A stretch of DNA of 1,104 nt, from the NCBI GenBank assembly GCA_000004985.1, contig GG739560.1. One strand, written 5' to 3'. Below the pieces are notes generated by a model. The model saw only the letters and a list, made by a program, of their open reading frames with translations. It was not told where the DNA came from and searched no databases. Positions 1 through 1,104 of the stretch are shown piece after piece (position 1 is the first letter of the stretch; every line of letters begins with the position of its first letter). This DNA is from Naegleria gruberi. Taxonomy: Eukaryota. The translations under genes and the position numbers were made by a program.

Positions 1-2
1 AA

Positions 3-224
3 GAACTACAAATTAATCAACAAACAATTCAACCAAAGGAAAAAGAAAATACAGAAAATACTACCGTCATTACTAATTCTGTGGAAAAGAAAAATTATGA
101 TTGTGTAAATTGTGGCAAACCTAACTCTAAAAAGAAGTGTGGAGCATGTCAAGCAGTTGTTTATTGCTCTAAAGAATGCCAAAGCAAGCATTGGAAGGTG
201 CATAAATTAACATGCAATAAGTAA
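3..224 (+). CDS. 3' terminal part of a gene encoding a MYND-type zinc-finger protein (5'-partial; stop codon TAA at 222-224). Translation: ELQINQQTIQPKEKENTENTTVITNSVEKKNYDCVNCGKPNSKKKCGACQAVVYCSKECQSKHWKVHKLTCNK*
   Basis: The frame is open from the window edge (pos 3) with no in-frame stop until 222-224. The Cys/His spacing C(102)-x2-C(111)-x8-C(138)-x2-C(147)-x5-C(165)-x3-C(177)-x7-H(201)-x3-C(213) matches the MYND consensus. CVNCG...C..C....YCS..CQ.K.W..H...C closely resembles the DEAF1/ETO/BS69 MYND fingers. Third codon positions are A/T-biased (caa, gaa, aat), consistent with the genome composition. The provided ORF track omitted it only because it lacks an in-window ATG. Confidence 0.85.
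   Translation, partial: ELQINQQTIQPKEKENTENTTVITNSVEKKNYDCVNCGKPNSKKKCGACQAVVYCSKECQSKHWKVHKLTCNK
102..215 (+). other. MYND zinc-finger domain (8 zinc ligands: Cys codons 102,111,138,147,165,177,213 and His 201; additional conserved H-W at 189-194)
   Basis: Direct translation: CVNCGKPNSKKKCGACQAVVYCSKECQSKHWKVHKLTC. The canonical MYND spacing and the conserved C-Q-x-K-[DH]-W-x-x-H-x-x-x-C tail are both present. Confidence 0.85.
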
Positions 225-338
225 ACTACTGTTATATTTCATCTGTTTGTAATTCTCAAGGTTTGCATTGAGGGAGTGTTTTGCTTATGGAAAATATTCA
301 AAAGAACGTACACAGTTTGTTCTTAAATAATATGCTAT
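225..338 (+). other. Probable 3' UTR / downstream flank of the MYND gene (AT-rich, no ORF)
   Basis: It lies immediately after the stop codon and is non-coding in all frames. It contains A/T-rich stretches (ttaaataatat at 322-332) that could act as polyadenylation signals, but there is no canonical AATAAA. Confidence 0.3.
327..338. repeat. Left arm of a 12-bp perfect inverted repeat (ATAATATGCTAT) bracketing the GC-richer island
   Basis: ATAATATGCTAT at 327-338 is the exact reverse complement of ATAGCATATTAT at 612-623. Three further A:T pairs are possible inward (340-342 / 608-610) after one G/T mismatch. Confidence 0.6.
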
Positions 339-611
339 GAAACGAAAGATTGGGACGCCTTCTCTCAGAAATTTAGCCTTAACAAGATTCGTTTTCCTCC
401 TGATATCTCAGAATCCTCAGTGTGGTAACCGTCCCAATGCAAGCTTCACTATTAACAGGAGGTACCTCTCTGCCTACCACAGGCAGGCTCAGTCTAACCA
501 ACCACTTAGTGTCAACCCATAACTCTTAAACGCTGAACCGAAACTTACTGGTTGTAGACCTCGTCTCTCAGGTCTTTACGATACAAGAGGTAATATTACA
601 ATTTAATTTTT
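339..611. other. Non-coding, compositionally distinct island (~45% GC vs ~28% in flanks) enclosed by the inverted repeats. Candidate MITE-like element or structured Pol III-type ncRNA of unknown family.
   Basis: There is a sharp GC shift at ~344 and ~590. Stop codons occur in all frames apart from the weak 61-aa track ORF. Internal hairpins are CTGCCT-accac-AGGCAG at 470-486 and AGACCT-n8-AGGTCT at 556-575. The octamer TCTCTCAG is repeated at 361-368 and 564-571. CTCAG occurs 5 times on the + strand and never on the - strand. A T5 run at 607-611 lies directly 3' of the island. Confidence 0.35.
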
Positions 612-623
612 ATAGCATATTAT
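612..623. repeat. Right arm of the 12-bp perfect inverted repeat (ATAGCATATTAT)
   Basis: Exact reverse complement of 327-338 (checked base by base). Confidence 0.6.
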
Positions 624-685
624 CAGTATACAACAACTCCGAATAACAGTCATCTTGTTGGTGTAGATCAAACATGATAAAACAA

Positions 686-753
686 TTGAAAATTGTTGTG
701 TTGAGTTGTTGTGAATCAAGGTTGAAAATAAGCAAGATTTCCGACCTTGAAAT
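686..753 (+). repeat. Short direct repeats: TTGTTGTG x2 (693-700, 706-713; 13-bp period) and TTGAAAAT x2 (686-693, 722-729) plus TTGAAAT (747-753). Also the 6-bp inverted pair TCAAGG (716-721) / CCTTGA (745-750).
   Basis: Counted directly from sequence. Confidence 0.45.
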
Positions 754-851
754 TTACCATTACTTACTTTTATTAATACTTTTATTGGTGGTGTGATTCA
801 TTTACCTTAATGATATGATGTTATTAATGATACTATGTTGATGAAATTCAC

Positions 852-863
852 TCATCATGATGA
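852..863. promoter_or_regulatory. Perfect 12-bp palindrome TCATCATGATGA (two inverted TGATGA half-sites, no spacer)
   Basis: The sequence equals its own reverse complement. It sits in a cluster of TGATGA motifs. Palindromic hexamer pairs are typical dimeric transcription-factor sites. Confidence 0.3.
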
Positions 864-956
864 AAATATAGGGTGAATGATGATTTTACCTTGCAGACTA
901 CAATACTTTTGATTGAAAGTTTTCCAAATTACCATATGAATCTGGCAGTAATGATG

Positions 957-988
957 ATTTTAGTGAAAATATTAAATTTCACTAAAAT
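957..988. repeat. Hairpin / inverted repeat: perfect 12-bp stem (ATTTAGTGAAAA / TTTTCACTAAAT) with 8-nt loop ATATTAAA
   Basis: 957-968 pair base-for-base with 988-977. The left arm begins at the last base of the TGATGA at 952-957. Confidence 0.55.
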
Positions 989-1104
989 ATTACTATTATC
1001 AGATTTAAAAATTACTATTAATGATGATAAATAACAATGATGATGGTTGGTAGTTGTTCCGATGATGATGTACCAACTTGAATTTTTCCAAATAATAAAA
1101 TTAT

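Larger units (their letters stand above)
839..1068 (+). repeat. Cluster of seven TGATGA hexamers (839-844, 858-863, 878-883, 952-957, 1022-1027, 1038-1043, 1063-1068), the first three phased at 19-20 bp. It includes the exact 13-mer AATGATGATTTTA at 876-888 and 950-962.
   Basis: Counted directly. About 0.2 copies of this hexamer are expected by chance at this base composition in this span. (ATG)n-like runs are at 1021-1027, 1038-1045 and 1061-1070. Confidence 0.6.

Noticed and set aside
6-203. 65-aa ORF on the minus strand from the supplied track
   Set aside because: It lies entirely antisense to the well-supported MYND zinc-finger CDS. It encodes a hydrophobic, low-complexity peptide with no motif, a typical shadow ORF of an AT-rich coding region.
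263-442. 8-bp inverted match TTGCATTG (263-270) / CAATGCAA (435-442) and scattered GATA-like TGATAA/TTATCA motifs (675-680, 1025-1030, 620-625, 996-1001)
   Set aside because: Short matches expected by chance at this base composition. No supporting context.
337-522. 61-aa + strand ORF from the supplied track (MKRKIGTPSLRNLALTRF...)
   Set aside because: It sits in the GC-shifted non-coding island. It has no recognisable domain, and its composition and codon usage are unlike the neighbouring genuine CDS. It is short enough to arise by chance. It is better explained as part of a non-coding element.
3-536. Alternative reading with the ciliate nuclear code (TAA/TAG = Gln), which would extend the MYND ORF to the TGA at 534-536
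   Set aside because: The extension translates to hydrophobic junk (…NKQTTVIFHLFVILKVCIEGVFCLW…) with a sharp change in composition. MYND fingers commonly sit at the extreme C-terminus, as here. Standard-code termination at 222-224 is far more plausible.
339-600. Known ncRNA identity for the island (tRNA/SINE A- and B-boxes, 5S, U snRNAs, U3, SRP RNA Alu-domain motifs, RNase P CR-I/CR-V, telomerase template-like CAACCC)
   Set aside because: Only weak partial resemblances were found. These are GGTAACCGTCCCAATGC vs the SRP Alu-domain UGUAGUCCCAGCUAC, an A-box-like CAGTGTGG, and CAACCCA at 513-519. No B-box GGTTCGANTCC, no cloverleaf and no full set of conserved regions were found. This is insufficient for a call without a covariance-model search.
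318-635. Yeast Ty-like solo LTR (TGTT...AACA termini) spanning the island
   Set aside because: The termini are only imperfect (TGTTC vs CAACA). No 5-bp target-site duplication is present, and there is no resemblance to the delta/sigma/tau sequences I can recall.
910-919. PBX-MEIS-like composite site TGATTGAAAG (consensus TGATTGACAG)
   Set aside because: One mismatch at a critical position, a single occurrence, and the organism may not even be a metazoan. Too speculative.
800-1104. C/D box snoRNA cluster suggested by repeated TGATGA (C-box) motifs
   Set aside because: No CUGA D or D' boxes occur at appropriate distances on either strand in this region, and no terminal 5'/3' stems pair around any candidate. 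The motif density is better explained as regulatory sites or a simple repeat.

Overview
AT-rich (~33% GC) eukaryotic nuclear DNA. Bases 3-224 (+) are the 3' end of a protein-coding gene. It encodes a Q/N/T/E-rich low-complexity linker followed by a C-terminal MYND-type zinc finger (C-x2-C-x8-C-x2-C-x5-C-x3-C-x7-H-x3-C, including the diagnostic CQSKHWKVHKLTC core) and ends at TAA 222-224. The supplied ORF track misses this CDS because no ATG lies inside the window. The 65-aa minus-strand ORF 6..203 in the track is its antisense shadow. Downstream is non-coding. Bases ~339-600 form a compositionally distinct island (~45% GC) with no credible ORF. It is bracketed by a perfect 12-bp inverted repeat (327-338 / 612-623) and followed by a T5 run, so it is a candidate MITE-like insertion or a Pol III-type structured ncRNA that I could not assign to any known family. 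Bases ~640-1104 are an AT-rich tract packed with short repeated motifs. These are seven TGATGA copies (three at ~20-bp phasing), a perfect 12-bp palindrome TCATCATGATGA, a duplicated 13-mer AATGATGATTTTA, duplicated TTGTTGTG, triplicated TTGAAAAT, and a perfect 12-bp-stem hairpin at 957-988. This most likely reflects a cis-regulatory or promoter region of a downstream gene, or a degenerate minisatellite. No tRNA, rRNA, CRISPR or recognisable C/D snoRNA was found.
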